From Felis catus (Eukaryota), in contig NC_058382.1 of NCBI RefSeq assembly GCF_018350175.1, positions 53,942,001-54,006,000 on the forward strand: a stretch of DNA of 64,000 bases, written 5' to 3'. How positions within the stretch are numbered: position 1 is the first letter of the stretch; each line of letters starts with the position of its first letter. This document shows positions 11,592-24,299 of this stretch, piece after piece. The translations under genes and the position numbers were made by a program. The notes under the pieces are model-generated. The model was not told the origin of the DNA and did no database searches. It saw nothing but the letters and a program-made list of their open reading frames with translations.

Positions 11592-12424
11592 CAATGGTAC
11601 AGCACTAGGAAGCTTCAGTGACCACATCCGGGAAGTGTCAATGGGCAGCTTCCCCCGGACTGGAGGAGATCAGACAATTCTTTTGAGAAACCTCCTGTTG
11701 GCCACAACGTGGAGATGGCTTGAAGGGAAGGCTGACAGGGTAAACGCAGGAAAACCACTTAGGAACCCACTGAATTCATCTGGATGAGAAACAACGAGGG
11801 TGTAAGTATGGCAAGGGGGTCGGGGTGGAGGGAACACTCTGGAGAGCTGTGGAAGGGTCACCATGTTATGAGTCCTAAATCCAGATCTCGACTCCATCAC
11901 CAGGCAGGTCATTAAAGCTATAAATTACAAATTAATCTTTAAAAAAAAATAAAGGAGGAGAGTGTGGTGTGTGAATTCTTCTTCCGCTCTGTGTGTGTGT
12001 ATTTGATGACTCTGGGTTTCCTCTGCAGAAGTCAATGAAACAATTAAGTCTCTGCCCATTTTTCCTCATCCTGATCTCAAACAGTGTTAAAAAGGCTTGC
12101 ACTACACTTTTCACACCCAGCCCTGTTAATAATTCATGCCCTTGCCTTCTTCAGTTCTTTTCGTATTTGCTGCTTAAATCCGGCGGTTGTGTGCATGTGC
12201 TCCTTTGCTTTCTGAATGCCCCATCCTTCCAAACATTCAAACAGCTACTTCTTTAATGCCAGGAATTGGGAGCTGGTGAAATCCTCTCTACCTGCCGCCA
12301 AAAGCCTAACAAGGGATAAAAACTGATCTCTGCTAATTTTGTCAGCTCACTTTTGTGACAAATTCTCAGCTTCGCTTGTGTAGCTTAGCCCAGAGTCCTT
12401 GTGGCTGAGCCAGAAAAGGGGACT

Positions 12425-12810
12425 CTGCTGCCACTCAGGGTGTGGTCTGTGGACCAGCAGCATCGGCTTCAGTGGGAAAAGGATTTCTCCACCTCAGTAC
12501 TATTGACATTTGGGGCCAGAAAGTTCTGTGACAGGAGCTGTCCCGTGCACTGTGGGATATTTAGCAGCATCCCTGGCCCGCACCCACCAGATGCAAATAG
12601 CACCCTCATCCTCCAACTCTGACAACCAAAAATGTCTCCAGTCTTTGCCAAAGGTCCACTAGGGGCAAAACCGCCGAAACTGAGAACCATTGTCCAACCC
12701 TCGTCAGAAATGTAAATGCTCCAGCCCCATCCCAGAACTAATGAGTGAGCATCTGTATATTCCAAGACTCCAGGTGATTCATGGGCACATTCAAGTAGGA
12801 GAAGTACTGG
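12425..12810 (+). mobile_element. MER5A (hAT-Charlie) split by MER20
   Basis: gtgtggtctgtggaccagcagcatcggc ... tccaggtgattcatgggcacattcaagtaggagaagtactg. Confidence 0.75.
12478..12692 (-). mobile_element. MER20 inserted in MER5A
   Basis: Reverse of MER20 consensus (acctcagtactattgacatttggggccag...ggggcaaaaccgccgaaactgagaaccattg). Confidence 0.88.
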
Positions 12811-12817
12811 GCTAGAG

Positions 12818-12990
12818 GTCTGGTTTCCAAACTTGGCTGCCCACTGGAATCACCTCAGCATCTCTAAGAAAACTTTGGTGTCTGGGCCCCAGCCCCAGAA
12901 ATCCTGACTGCTCTGGTGTGGGTACACCTGGCCAATGGGAATTGTAAGATCTCCCCAGGGGATTCGGATGCAGCAAAGTTTAAAAGCATT
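12818..12990. mobile_element. MER5-family (MER5B/MER5A1-like) element
   Basis: ggtttccaaacttggctgcccactggaatcacct...ctccccaggggattcggatgcagcaaagttt. Confidence 0.7.
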
Positions 12991-13819
12991 TCTTGCATGG
13001 TTTAGCCCTAATCTTCACATTTTTGCAGGTGAGGAAACCGAGGCATAGAAAAGTCCAAGAACTTCCCCATCTGGTAATCAGGAGAGCCAAGATTTAAACT
13101 ATGAACTACAATGTGGGACAAGAGCCCTGGTCATGCCCTACTGGCCCTCTGTAGGTCCTCTGACAGTCCTGGTCATTACTTCCGCATGTCTTTGTTAACT
13201 TCCCCTCTTCCTGATTAGACGGTAAGGTCTCCAAGGACAACGATCATGTGTGGCTGGCTCACCATGCCTGGGTGTCTCTCTGGGCCTGAGAACATCCTTG
13301 TGCACAACAGACAAGCAATGTTGGAGTGAGAGAAGCGATGAACAAAATGAGCAGAGAACACAACAGAGCCAAGTCCGCATGTGTGTGGTACCAAAGCCCT
13401 CTCCTCTACTGAAGGAATCAGAAGAAAACTGCAGGGGTTCTGTCTGTGGCTGAGTGCAGCTGGACGCCCCTCCTGCCAGCTCACTGGTGGCCAGCCTTTC
13501 GGGCTCGATGGCTGCCAGCGGAGGCCAGAGGAGGCTGAGCTCCAGCAGCCACAGCATCAGCACCTCCAGAGGAGCGTCGGTCACACGGAAACGGTGATCA
13601 GTGGCACTTCCCCTCCAATCCTCTGTCCGCGCGAATGGCGAGGCCAGCTACGTTTCTTCACAGGGAAAGACACCATGGTTCAGTAGTAGTGACTTGCTGT
13701 TAAGTGTTGGGGGAGCTAGAACACAGAAGGCCCTGTGATTCCAGCCCTCTCAACAACCAGGGCACAGAAGGGACTCTCTCTGGGTACCCTGGGGTCAGGG
13801 AGGCACTTCAGGTGTCAGG

Positions 13820-14290
13820 CCCATCTACTTTCTCCAGCCTCATTTCTCACTTTTCTCCCTCTCCCTGTCCCTCCTAACCCAACAGAACTCTCCATTCACT
13901 CCAGCCACCATGCTGACCCCCTTTCACTTTCTTGAATGTTCCACATTGTCACTCACCTCCAAGACTTTGCACGTGCTATTCTAGTGGCCTGCGATGCTCC
14001 TACAGCTCATTCTTCTCCATTCTTCAGGCCTCAGCTCGTATGTTAACTCCTACAGGAAGCCCTCCCAGACTACTTCTCACTAGGGAGACAGCTCTGTTTT
14101 ACGTTCCTATACACACTCTGACTTCTGCCACTGCCCTCACAACACTGTCTGATGGTAATTTCTTATTTGTCATCCGTACTATGTGGTAAACTTTGGGAGG
14201 CCTGTGAGCATGTTCACGTGCTTCACCTCATACTCCAACACCTAGCATAATTCCTGGCACAGAGCATGTACTGAATAAACATTCATTCAG
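13820..14290 (+). mobile_element. L2 LINE 3' remnant
   Basis: Pyrimidine-rich L2 body ending cctagcataattcctggcacagagcatgtactgaataaacattcattc. Confidence 0.7.
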
Positions 14291-15924
14291 GGGATCAATA
14301 AGCCAAACACTGTCCATAGCACCCCAGCCAAGACTTGGGCCTGTGTACTCCCTTTCAGCCAGATCTAAGGCTAAAATTCCAATAAGGAGGGGAGGGGTAG
14401 GGGGAAAGTTTGTTTCTGTTTGGATGTGTAGGAAGTCACATTATGTGTCAAGTGATCACAAAAGTGGCAATTGTCAGTTTCCTGCCTCTCTGCAGGCCTC
14501 CTTCCTCATCAGCCTTCCTGGATACAACCTAAATGATGAGAGGGAAAGGAGACTACACAGCAGCACCCAAGCTCTGGACCATGCACAAGAAGCAGGTCCA
14601 TCCCAGGGCAGGGAGTCAGAGGCTGGATGAGCCACACTCAACACATGTGGCATTTACAAGGAATGTCCTACCCAACACTGGCATTTGACCAGAGAGTAAG
14701 GGTAGGGCATGTTAATGTAAATATTTGCACGGTTGAAATTTAGCAAACCAGGATGTGAATTCTCCTGAGCCAACACTGGAACACACCGTTGCAGGTGAAG
14801 CTGTGGATTTCTGCTAGAGGCTCAGCAGCGAGGGCGAGGAGGGCTCTGAGGGTTTCTGCCTCTCTCACGCCCCATGGCCACCTCAGGCGGCTTGAGTCCG
14901 AGAAACCTTTGGGAAAATAACCACAGTCCTCTCAAACCTTCCCTGCAGGGAACTGGGCTACTAGAGGTACTGCAGGTAGCCTGACTCTGAGGAAAGGGAG
15001 GGAGATCCAGGCAGAGGGGACAGTCCACACAATGGTGTGGAGGCCAGCACGCATGAGCCATGTTCAGGGGTAGGGAAATGGACCCAATGTACAGAATGAA
15101 AGCAATGAGCCAAAGCAATAGAGCATACTGAAGAGAACGGTGAAAAGTAGTGATGATGTTGATGAAAATGGTATACCAAACATCGGTAGAGCCTCGGGTT
15201 GATGCTGTCTTCTACTATATGACAAAATTCAAATTAGGTACTTAGTCCAGCACTGCCAGCACAAGTGCTCAGCAACTGTCAGCCACACATAACATCACTT
15301 GATTCACACCAAACCCCATGACAGACTGTCATTACCACCACTCAACAAAAGGAAAAAACAAATGAGAAACAAGACTGAGCCTGTGTAAATTAACACACAT
15401 ACACACAAGTTGGCCAAGATGCCACCCTAGGGGATGTCAGAATCAGGTTGGGCCAGAGTTTCTGAATCCAGGCCCACGGTCCTCTTCAGTTTATCACACC
15501 AGGCTGGTAAACTAGAACTCTCTACAAAAAGTAGAGGAACCAGAACAGACATGGGGCACAGCAGTGGGAAGTCATGCCAGAGGTGTGCTACTGAGATTTC
15601 TCCAGTCCAGGGCTGGGAGCAGATTGGAAATGGGGACATTGGAGGCAGGGAGAAAGGGCATCTCCCACTCTGGGAAGATGAAGGTCCCAGACAAAGGGGG
15701 TAACAGCAAGACAAGAAAGGAAGAGGTGGATTGGAGAGACTCGGGGGTAAATCCACGGCCTGTGGGAGCAAGACATAGAACATAAAAGTGGGAGAACTAA
15801 CACAGCCACATACATACAGGAGACAGTTCTACAAGGGAGATAGATGAAGGCGACTCTTGAAACCCATAAGAAGTGTAATCCTTTAAGGGACATGCCTCTC
15901 CCTTCTCCTGCTCTTCCTCCCCTC

Positions 15925-16265
15925 CTTTGTTAGAGTAATTTATTGAGGTAAAATTCATATAGCATAAAAGTAACCATTTCAAAATGGACAGTTCGGCGGC
16001 ATTTAGTACATTCACGACGTTGTGAAATCACCATCTCTATCTAGTTCCAAAACACCTCCATCACTCCAGATTAAAACCTCTAGACCCATTAAGCACTTAC
16101 TCCCCATTCGCCATTCCCTCTAGCCTTGGCAGGCACTAATCTTGTGTGTCTATGGATGTGCCTCTTCTGGACATCTCTCACAAATGGGATCATACTATCT
16201 GTGGTCTCCTGTGACTGGCTTCTTTCACTTAGTGTTTTGTTCTCAGGTTCATCCACACCGCGACA
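15925..16265 (-). mobile_element. L1MB-like 3'UTR fragment
   Basis: tttattgaggtaaaattcatatagcataaaagtaaccatttc...tggcttctttcacttagtgttttgttctcaaggttcatcc-like antisense L1 3' end. Confidence 0.85.
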
Positions 16266-17252
16266 TGATCTGTGTAATTGCCCCCCCTCCGAGGCTTGTC
16301 CCACCTCACATCACCCCTCAGAACATTCTCAGAGCCCACAACAGCCCAGCACTGGTGGAGCTCTTCCTTCAGGGCCCTGTTTATGGCAAATAATTGTACA
16401 AGTCCTTCCAAGTGGAGGAAAAAAAATGATGGTAAATGTGGGATGAGCACTCACTTCCAATATCTATCTCATCTCTAGATGTGGTCCCTGTACCCTGACA
16501 TAGCAAACAGGAAGACAGGGTTCCCGGGGGGAGTACATCTCAGGGTACATGTTGTTCTTTATTTCTCAATGCTCCCAGCATCATCATAGACAAAGGGTAC
16601 AGAGGGTGAGTAGCTAGATCTCACTGCATCCTAACTTTGTCCCGATGCAGAACTGTCAAGACCTCACATTTCAAAGGCAATGGTTGTTTCAAAGGCCAAC
16701 AATAAGCTCTTGCTCTTTGACTTGCTCTGTGAGCCCCACAGGGTTTTAGATTTTTTTTTCAATTTTTGCATTTAGATCTTTTTAAAGCCAGCACTGCACA
16801 AAGCACAAGCGTATGAGTGAATTCCCCTGATGAGAGCTCTGCATGCTGCCAGGGATGAGCCTAAGAGGGGCTGATTGGACAATATCTGCGTGGGACCCAG
16901 CAGGTCACGGTCAAGTGCGGACTGCAACTGCCAGGGGCGTATCCAAAGCAGAGTTGGGTGGACGGAGAGGCAGAGCAAGCGGGAAAGGCAGGCATGTGAA
17001 ACTCCATGCTCTCCTCTCCGCCTCCCTCCTAGTTCAATCTCACCATCCCACCTGTGGGCTGTGACCACAAAGGTTCCCCCACTGCCAGTCTTAAGCTTTC
17101 TGTACCCCTCCACAGCACAGCCAGAGCCATCATCCCCAAGGGGAGACTGAGAGCTTTGCTGTTATCTTCACAATCCTTCAGTGGCTCTCAAGCCACTACA
17201 GCAAGGTTGATCCTACGTCTAGACACCCAGAGGCCCTCGGCACTCTCTAAAC

Positions 17253-17476
17253 TAGGGGCCAGCCAATGTTTTCCGTAAAGGGCCCAAAGGTATATTTGAG
17301 GCTTTGGAGGCCCATCATACTCCCTGTCACAACCATGCAACTCTGCCCTCGGGCAAGAAAGCAGTCAGTGACGATAGGCAAATGAACGACCGTGGTTGTG
17401 CTCTAATAAAACTTTATTTACAAACATGTCACTGGCCACATTTATCCAATGGGATGTAGTCTTGTCACTCTTGCTC
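17253..17476 (+). mobile_element. MER58A (hAT-Charlie)
   Basis: ttttccgtaaagggccc...ctaataaaactttatttacaaaca matches MER58A. Confidence 0.8.
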
Positions 17477-18366
17477 TAACCTTCGAAGATATATGCAAAA
17501 TGATGTGCAGCCGGGCCTTTCTGTGGGGAGCAGGTCGATAGCTTTGGGCAGACAGTGAAGAGGGTGGATGAACCTCCAAATGCAAATACTCTAGGATGGT
17601 CTCACCCCAAGCCTCTGACTGTTCACTGGCCTTGCTGTGAACGTGCTGGTTATAGAATATACCAAGTTCTCTCCCCACCTATCTTCACACATGCACAGCC
17701 TGACTGCCTGCTCCTGGCCAGCATATCTCTTCATTCAATAAATACTCTAGTACCCACTGTGTGCAAGGCACTGTATAGTTTTTGCATTCATGAAATCTAC
17801 TGCCTAACAGGGGAAAACAGTTATAAGAAAATGAAGGAGATAAAGAAATTACACACCCCGTAACTAACAACTGCACTCATCTGTGCTAAGTACAGCGACA
17901 GGAAAGGAAAGAGGACCACGGCGGTCAGGTGGACAACCATCGCAGTGGGTTTCCAGGAGATGGAACTTGCAGTGCTAAAACCAGGAGGTCCTGGTTGAAC
18001 AGGCAATGTCATCCTAATGAGGGTGCACTTGGGAGACTCTAATCAGAGTGGGGGCTCAGGGAGACACCATGGAGGATGTGGCATCGCAGTGAGATATCCC
18101 ACTGTGTGACCATTGTCCCCTTCCTTCTAGAATCCTCCCACCTTGCCAGCATGCTGTTCCACCCTTTTCGTATTCCTTCCCCCCACCCGCCCCCACACCC
18201 CCTCTACACTCCTTTTGTAGAGGCAGGGTGTCTCAGCAAATCAAACTCTTTCTCCACCAAAAGACAGAGTAAGACTTCCTCTTCGCATCAATATTTTTGC
18301 CCAACCATATTTAAGTTGTATTTTTGAGTTTTCTTTCATTTTTGAGGATTTGATTTCCTTCTCATA

Positions 18367-18369
<3 letters not shown>

Positions 18370-18411
<42 letters not shown>
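18370..18411. repeat. (TG)n microsatellite
   Basis: ~21 GT units seen directly. Confidence 0.97.
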
Positions 18412-18414
<3 letters not shown>

Positions 18415-19039
18415 GCATATGACAGAGGAAAGCTGGACAGTATACGAAAGTGTGACGGAGCAGGGAGAAAATAAAACAGACTCCGCTCCATTTCACTGGC
18501 AGTCAGTCCCTAAGACGCTCTCCTACATCCTCCAGTCCGACCTTCCCGTGTTGACCGCGATCACGTACATATTGTGCCTCTTGCTGCAGTAAACGTCTTT
18601 ACGCAGAAATCTTACAAGTTTTTGTAACTATGTCAGTAAAGAATTTTTTTTTTCCAAAAGGCAACTACCTAAGTTCCATGAAAGTACTTCACTGAAGAAG
18701 TGTCATTCCTCTTTGTGGAAAGCTAGCAGTTCCTGGTGGGATGCAGAAGGACAGGGGACAACAGGTGTCTAGCCAGGAGTAATGGCCAAGCCTATCGATG
18801 ACGCTGTCCTTATTGGCACTACGCTCATTTGCGCTGGAATTACAAGTTCTAGAATATTAATGGCAGAGGAGTCCTTTAATAATTATAGTTTCCCAACCCT
18901 AAACTGAATCAAATAACCTTGCAAGGGGTTATTTTAGGTACTGATGGACCCATGTGGAAGTGACATTTTTGTAGCACAAATACCATCGAGTATTGCGGTG
19001 GCACAGAGTTCAACCTAACCCAGCCCTGTGCTGCTAAGA

Positions 19040-19263
19040 TTTTTTTTTTTAATTTTTTTTCCACGTTTATTTATTTTTGGGACAGAGAGAGACAGAGCAT
19101 GAACGGGGGAGGGGCAGAGAGAGAGGGAGACACAGAATCAGAAACAGGCTCCAGGCTCTGAGCCATCAGCCCAGAGCCTGACGCGGGGCTCGAACTCACC
19201 GACCGCGAGATCGTGACCTGGCTGAAGTCGGACGCTTAACCGACTGCGCCACCCAGGTGCCCC
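19040..19263 (-). mobile_element. Young felid CanSINE (SINEC_Fc-like)
   Basis: CpG-rich, near-consensus body; TSD tgtgctgctaag on both sides. Confidence 0.95.
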
Positions 19264-19520
19264 TGTGCTGCTAAGTTTTAAAAACTGTTCCTTCGGGGTG
19301 TACATGTAGTAGTAAATCAGCTTTCTTGAAAGAAAGCTCGAGGACAGGTGTTAAACGTCTGAGCTCCGATCTGCGCTCTACTCCTTATGAGGCAGAGTGT
19401 CAGTCAGTTATTGACCTCTCCCAGCCTCAGTTTCCCCGACAGTAAAACAAGCATGTCAGCAACTACACCGTGGAGTTACCGAGAAGATGCTGTGAGAATG
19501 TGCAGGGTCCGGGAAACGGT

Positions 19521-19974
19521 ATGTCTCCAAAGGAGCTCGCCTCATGGACTCCTGCTGAGAGCCCTCAGTCACAGGATGGCACCCTTAGGATAACAGATCA
19601 CAACTCTTACCAGCCCGTCACCCTGTTCAGGAATGCGGTAAGTGGTCTAAACGGACTTGCGTCTGGAGCTGACGGAGCCTGAGACCCAAGTGTTGAAGTG
19701 GCTTCCACGTCAAGACAATGGGTACCTCTGTTTGCAGGTGAGCTATGCCTTGCCTCTATGTTCACATGTGGTCCCCAGATTCCAAAGACACTGCCACCAA
19801 GCCCAAGATTCGGGTTTGCAGTCATATAACCCAGTGGATATGAATCTACGGCGGAGGGAAGAGAATGTTCTACAGCAAGAGGAATTAGCACTCTTGGACC
19901 TTGAGAAGCCACACATCCATGCTGATCCAAGAGATCTGAGGTCCACATACTCAGTGTTCCAATTTTTAAAATGA
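19521..19974 (+). CDS. Candidate two-exon ORF (19521-19637 + 19738-19974), 117 aa, no recognised homology
   Basis: ATG 19521; GCG|gtaagt donor; 100-nt intron; tttgcag| acceptor in phase 0; TGA 19972-19974; ATTAAA at 20071. Confidence 0.2.
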
Positions 19975-20609
19975 AGCTTTGGTTTACAGCAGAAAAGTCA
20001 CTAAGGATCCTCTCTGGGAGTCTCAGGACATGTACAAAGACACGTGGAAGGACGTGTCCCACCAAGTTGTATTAAAAATAGATATAGAAAGTTCAAATGC
20101 TCTCTATCAGCATTAGCACTTACTTCTAAATGGGCGACTCCTTCTCTCCTGACATAATAGACATGTTTCTGCTGCCTCAGCCTTTTGGGAAAGCAAGCAT
20201 CCCAGAAGCCCCCGTGCACATTTTATTGTGAATCAGGTGTAAAAATCAGATGGTACTCTCCTTCCCGCCTCCTGAAAACCGGCTGATTTATGGAAGCTGG
20301 GAGATATTGCATTGCAAGGTTGAAAATCAGTACTTTCCCTTTCTTCTGTTGCCCATAACACTTTGCAGAACTCACAGAAAGGTCCTGGCACGAGAAATGG
20401 GAAAATAAATAGCTCTGAGAGGGTGTTTGAGGAAAAAAAAAAAAAAAAACTAGCCATTTTCTCAACTGTGAAGATAATAGAAGAGCTGAGAATAAGAAAG
20501 GCAGAAAGTAAGAAAACAAATAATAGTAAAGCCTACCCACCTATTTTGTTATGTGGTCGTGGGCAAGTAAAGCAGGCATACTAGGACTGAAGGAAAGTTG
20601 CTAGATAAT

Positions 20610-21040
20610 TGCTAATATTCATAATCTCTTTCTTCCTTAGCAAATGCCACTTTACTATTTTCCCAGACTCCTTTGAAGCTAGCTGTAGACATACAACAAT
20701 GAGCTATAAGTAGAAATTTTTATGGCAGAAAACTTCCAAAAAAGTCCTTTAAGAAGAAGAAGAAGACCTTCCACTCCTACTTTCTTGTGGCCTGGAATAG
20801 AATATAATGGCTGGAGCCTGAGCAGCCATTTTGGACCATGAGACAACAAGCTAAAACTAGCAGAGCAGCAAGGCAGAAGGGATCCACCTGTGTCCCCTTA
20901 ATGATTTCATGAAGCTGCCATGCCAGCCTTGGATTGCCCAGCTCCAGTTATCCTTTCACTTGTGAGACTCAACCTTGTGGATTTAAACCACTACAGGAGA
21001 CTTTCCAGTAAGTGAAGCCAAATTTCATCATAATGAGTCA
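20610..21040 (+). mobile_element. Old MLT1 (J/K-like) LTR
   Basis: atggctggagcctgagcagccattttggaccatgagac and ccagccttggattgccc motifs typical of old MLT1 LTRs. Confidence 0.65.
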
Positions 21041-21139
21041 AGTACCAACTTCATAGGTTTTCTGTGAGACCTACAAAGCCAAGGTGAGTGCAAAGTGCCT
21101 GGAAGGAATACACGATTATCCCCTCTCATGAAAGAGGTG

Positions 21140-21295
21140 ATGAGGATTAAGGAATATACTTGTTGGGGATTAAGGAGTGTATTTGTTGTGAGGAGCACTG
21201 GGTGATGTCAGGAAATGATGAATCACTATATTGTACACCTGAAACTAATAGAACACTGTGTTAATCAACTGGAATTAAAATAAAAACTTTAAGAA
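21140..21295 (+). mobile_element. Carnivore L1 3' terminal fragment
   Basis: gagcactgggtgatg...gaatcactatattgtacacctgaaactaata...aattaaaataaaaac. Confidence 0.85.
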
Positions 21296-21609
21296 ACAAA
21301 GATTCTCTCTCCCTTTCTCTCTCTCTCACACACACACATACGCCATACTTCACGATGAAAGTGTCATCAAAAGTTCATTGGAAGGATACGAGTAAAATAT
21401 AGAATTTTGTCTTAACCTGGACAAAGACTCAGAGAACAGAGATTATTATTACACAATGGAAGAGTTGGATCATGTTAACCTAAAGTTATTTTGACTAGGC
21501 TGTGTTTTAAATTTTGATCTGTAAACTCTTAGAATGGTAAACGGTATAAAATCATATATAGGACTTCTCCACTGATGTCTAAAACCCAAGACTAAAACAA
21601 AACTCTTGA

Positions 21610-21815
21610 TTTTTCTTTTAACATTTATTTTTGAGAGACACAGAGAGAGACAGAGCACAAGCAGGGGACGGGCAGAGAGAGAGGGAGACACAGAATCCGA
21701 AGCAGGCTCCAGGCTCTGAGCTGTCAGCCCTGCGTTGGCAGGGCTTGAACCCATGAACCGTGAGATCATGACCTGACCCGAAGTCAGACAACCTACTGAG
21801 CCACCCGGGCGCCCC
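21610..21815 (-). mobile_element. CanSINE
   Basis: Antisense head (cccgggcgcccc), (GA)n and T-rich tail. Confidence 0.95.
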
Positions 21816-21849
21816 CTCTCGGTTCATTTTTTAAGCCAACTTCTCCCCC

Positions 21850-22670
21850 AGTCATCTGTATCTCAGAAAATGGCACCGCCCTGTCATTCTGCCGCCCCCC
21901 CCCCCGCCCCCCGCCCCCAAGGGACTTACTCCTATTCCCTCTTTTTCCCTCCTGTCATCTAATCCATCAGCAAGCACTGTGGAATTACCTGCAAGGCCTC
22001 TCCCAAATCCATTCACTGCCCCCTCCGCACCCCCCACCGCCTAATGCCAGACACAGCGATCCCCAACTCCCGCCACAGCTCCCTTGCTGGTACACTTGCT
22101 TCTGGTCTTTGCTCTCCTAAAGAAGCCAGAACGATCTTTTAAAAACATGAGCATCCGAGCATGTCATGAGTCTGATGTGAACCATCTAGTGGTTTCCCCA
22201 CACAATTCGGTATAAACTCTGCATACCTCACCAACACCTCCTTCTGCCTCTCTCCCTCTTGGCTCTTCATCTCCACCAACGTGGCTTGATTTATATGTTC
22301 TTGAAACTGCACTGAGTTTATTCCCGCCTTGGGACTTTGACGTCCGTACTTCCCCTTTCCTGACAAGCTCCTCTCTCACATCTTGGCCTGGCGTCATCCT
22401 CAACATTCAGCTCTCAGCTGTCATCTTCTCGGGATGCCCTCCCCGACCACCCCGTCTGAAGATCGCCTGCAACCCCGGTGTCTGTCACTTCCCTGGGTTT
22501 TAGCATCACCAAAACTCATGTGCATACCTGAGGTATGGGGATTTGTTTGTTTGAAACCCCACCTAGACTGCAGCTCCAGAGGAGAAGGGACCGTCTATGT
22601 TGTGGTCATGGCCACAACCACTGTGCTCAGCACATAGTAAGTGCTCAATAATTTCTTCGTAAATGAGTCG
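21850..22670 (+). mobile_element. L2 LINE remnant
   Basis: L2 body (aatccatcagcaagcactgt..., cattcagctctcagctgtcatcttctc) ending gcacatagtaagtgctcaataa. Confidence 0.75.
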
Positions 22671-24299
22671 AGAGGCCATGCCAATCAAAATATTATAATC
22701 AGCTGGGTCGATTCAACTACTGAAGTAATATTAACATTAAATTCAAAGTGAACCCAAACAAAACTCTAGCATTAATCCAGCAAGTATTCCATACGTTAAT
22801 GGACTCCTCACCACCCCCGCCACCCCGCCCTTCATCCCATCTCGCCAGCCAAAGGCTTGCCGTGGGAGAAGGTGTTCAGTTCTGTGGCTAAACAAGCTAA
22901 GAAGGGGCTAAACTGCTTATCAATAGTAGGTGGGGGGTTAAAGAGGAGTACACATATTCCTTCTCTTTCTATTGGCAAATGATAAGGGTTGTTAAGAGAT
23001 TACTGAACTGCTTTAAGCATCTCCAGGGGATGGGCAACACTTTTGTCTAATTAAGCAAGTCCTAGAGATACAAACCAACCTAGGGAAGATCGTCATTTCT
23101 AACGTTAGGCAGCCAGAACGGAGCTAAGCATTTTCCTACCTTTTATGGCGTCTGACTATGAACACACCGCGTGCAGTCAGCACCACACCTGTAGGGTATA
23201 CCCCACCCACATGCACACACCCCAGTTAGGGAGTTTTCTAAGCATGAAAAGTAACAGTAGATCAGAGACTCAAAGCTTGGCAAGGTAGAGCGATCAAAGT
23301 GTGGTGACGCTTTTGTGGAACAGGAAACATCCAAGTTAAATAGCCATGGAGTCAATAAACCTTTCCATTGTCTTCATTGAATCAAAAGGTCTCATGCTAG
23401 TTTTCTTACTGGCAACTCGCTGCTTATCAATTATTTTAAACAGTGTTTCAGACAAAGCAAAGAGGGCAGTGTTTTAGTAACTGGGATGTCATTTGTTTAA
23501 GAGCCAGAGAGGCCTGGGTTCAAATCTCACTTAGCTTTAGGTAAATTATCCGAACTCCCGGATCCTCAATGTTCTCACTGTGCCAACGGGGATGGGAAAC
23601 GACCAACTTAACTGGTTGCAGAAAGCAGGAAAGTAGGATATTGCCAGGCACAAAGCACTCTGCCGTAAGCAAGTTCATGGCAAGTGCTGCTTCCCTTTCG
23701 TTCATCCCCATCTTTATTATCATTGAAACCTGAACGCAGCCTTTGTCAGCAATGGTGATCACCGAGTCTGATCATTTCTTCAGGTGTCAGGTTCACTTCA
23801 AGTGTTCCTGCTTCTTCACATAGATTTTAACTTGAGCTGTCGTTCTCCCTTAAACTAAAGTAGGTCTTAGCACGACCCCTGAGAGCTGGGTGATCTGGGT
23901 CCTTCCTGTGTCTTCTCTGATTCCCACGACAATCCCCATCAACACCGCAAACTCAACATCCTCCCTGACGCTCCGTGAACGCTCCGATCCTGCCCTAGTC
24001 TTTGCACCTCTGGCTCCCTCCCATTCGCCAGGCTTCAGGTCACCAGCTCACCACAGCTCACCTGACGACTGCTGTATCCCAAGAGTCTCCCTTCTCTCCC
24101 TCCCGCGACCCTGCGTATTTCCAGCAGGACACGTCGGTACAACTATTCATTCTATGTCTGCTTGCCTATCTCATCTGTCTGCTCCCCCAGGGTCTATGCT
24201 CCTCCAGTCAGAGGTCTTACCTAGTTCCCAGCTGCCTGCTCTGAACAGGCTCAAGACAGGTGTTTACTGAATAAGCAAGCAAACAAATTTGTTGGTACA

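Noticed and set aside
12655..12672. CTCF-like motif ccactaggggcaaa in MER20
   Set aside because: One G short of the core consensus; cannot be supported without a PWM score or ChIP data
19607..20065. 152-aa minus-strand ORF overlapping the two-exon candidate
   Set aside because: Non-ATG start and no recognisable homology; the + strand model has better splice and poly(A) support
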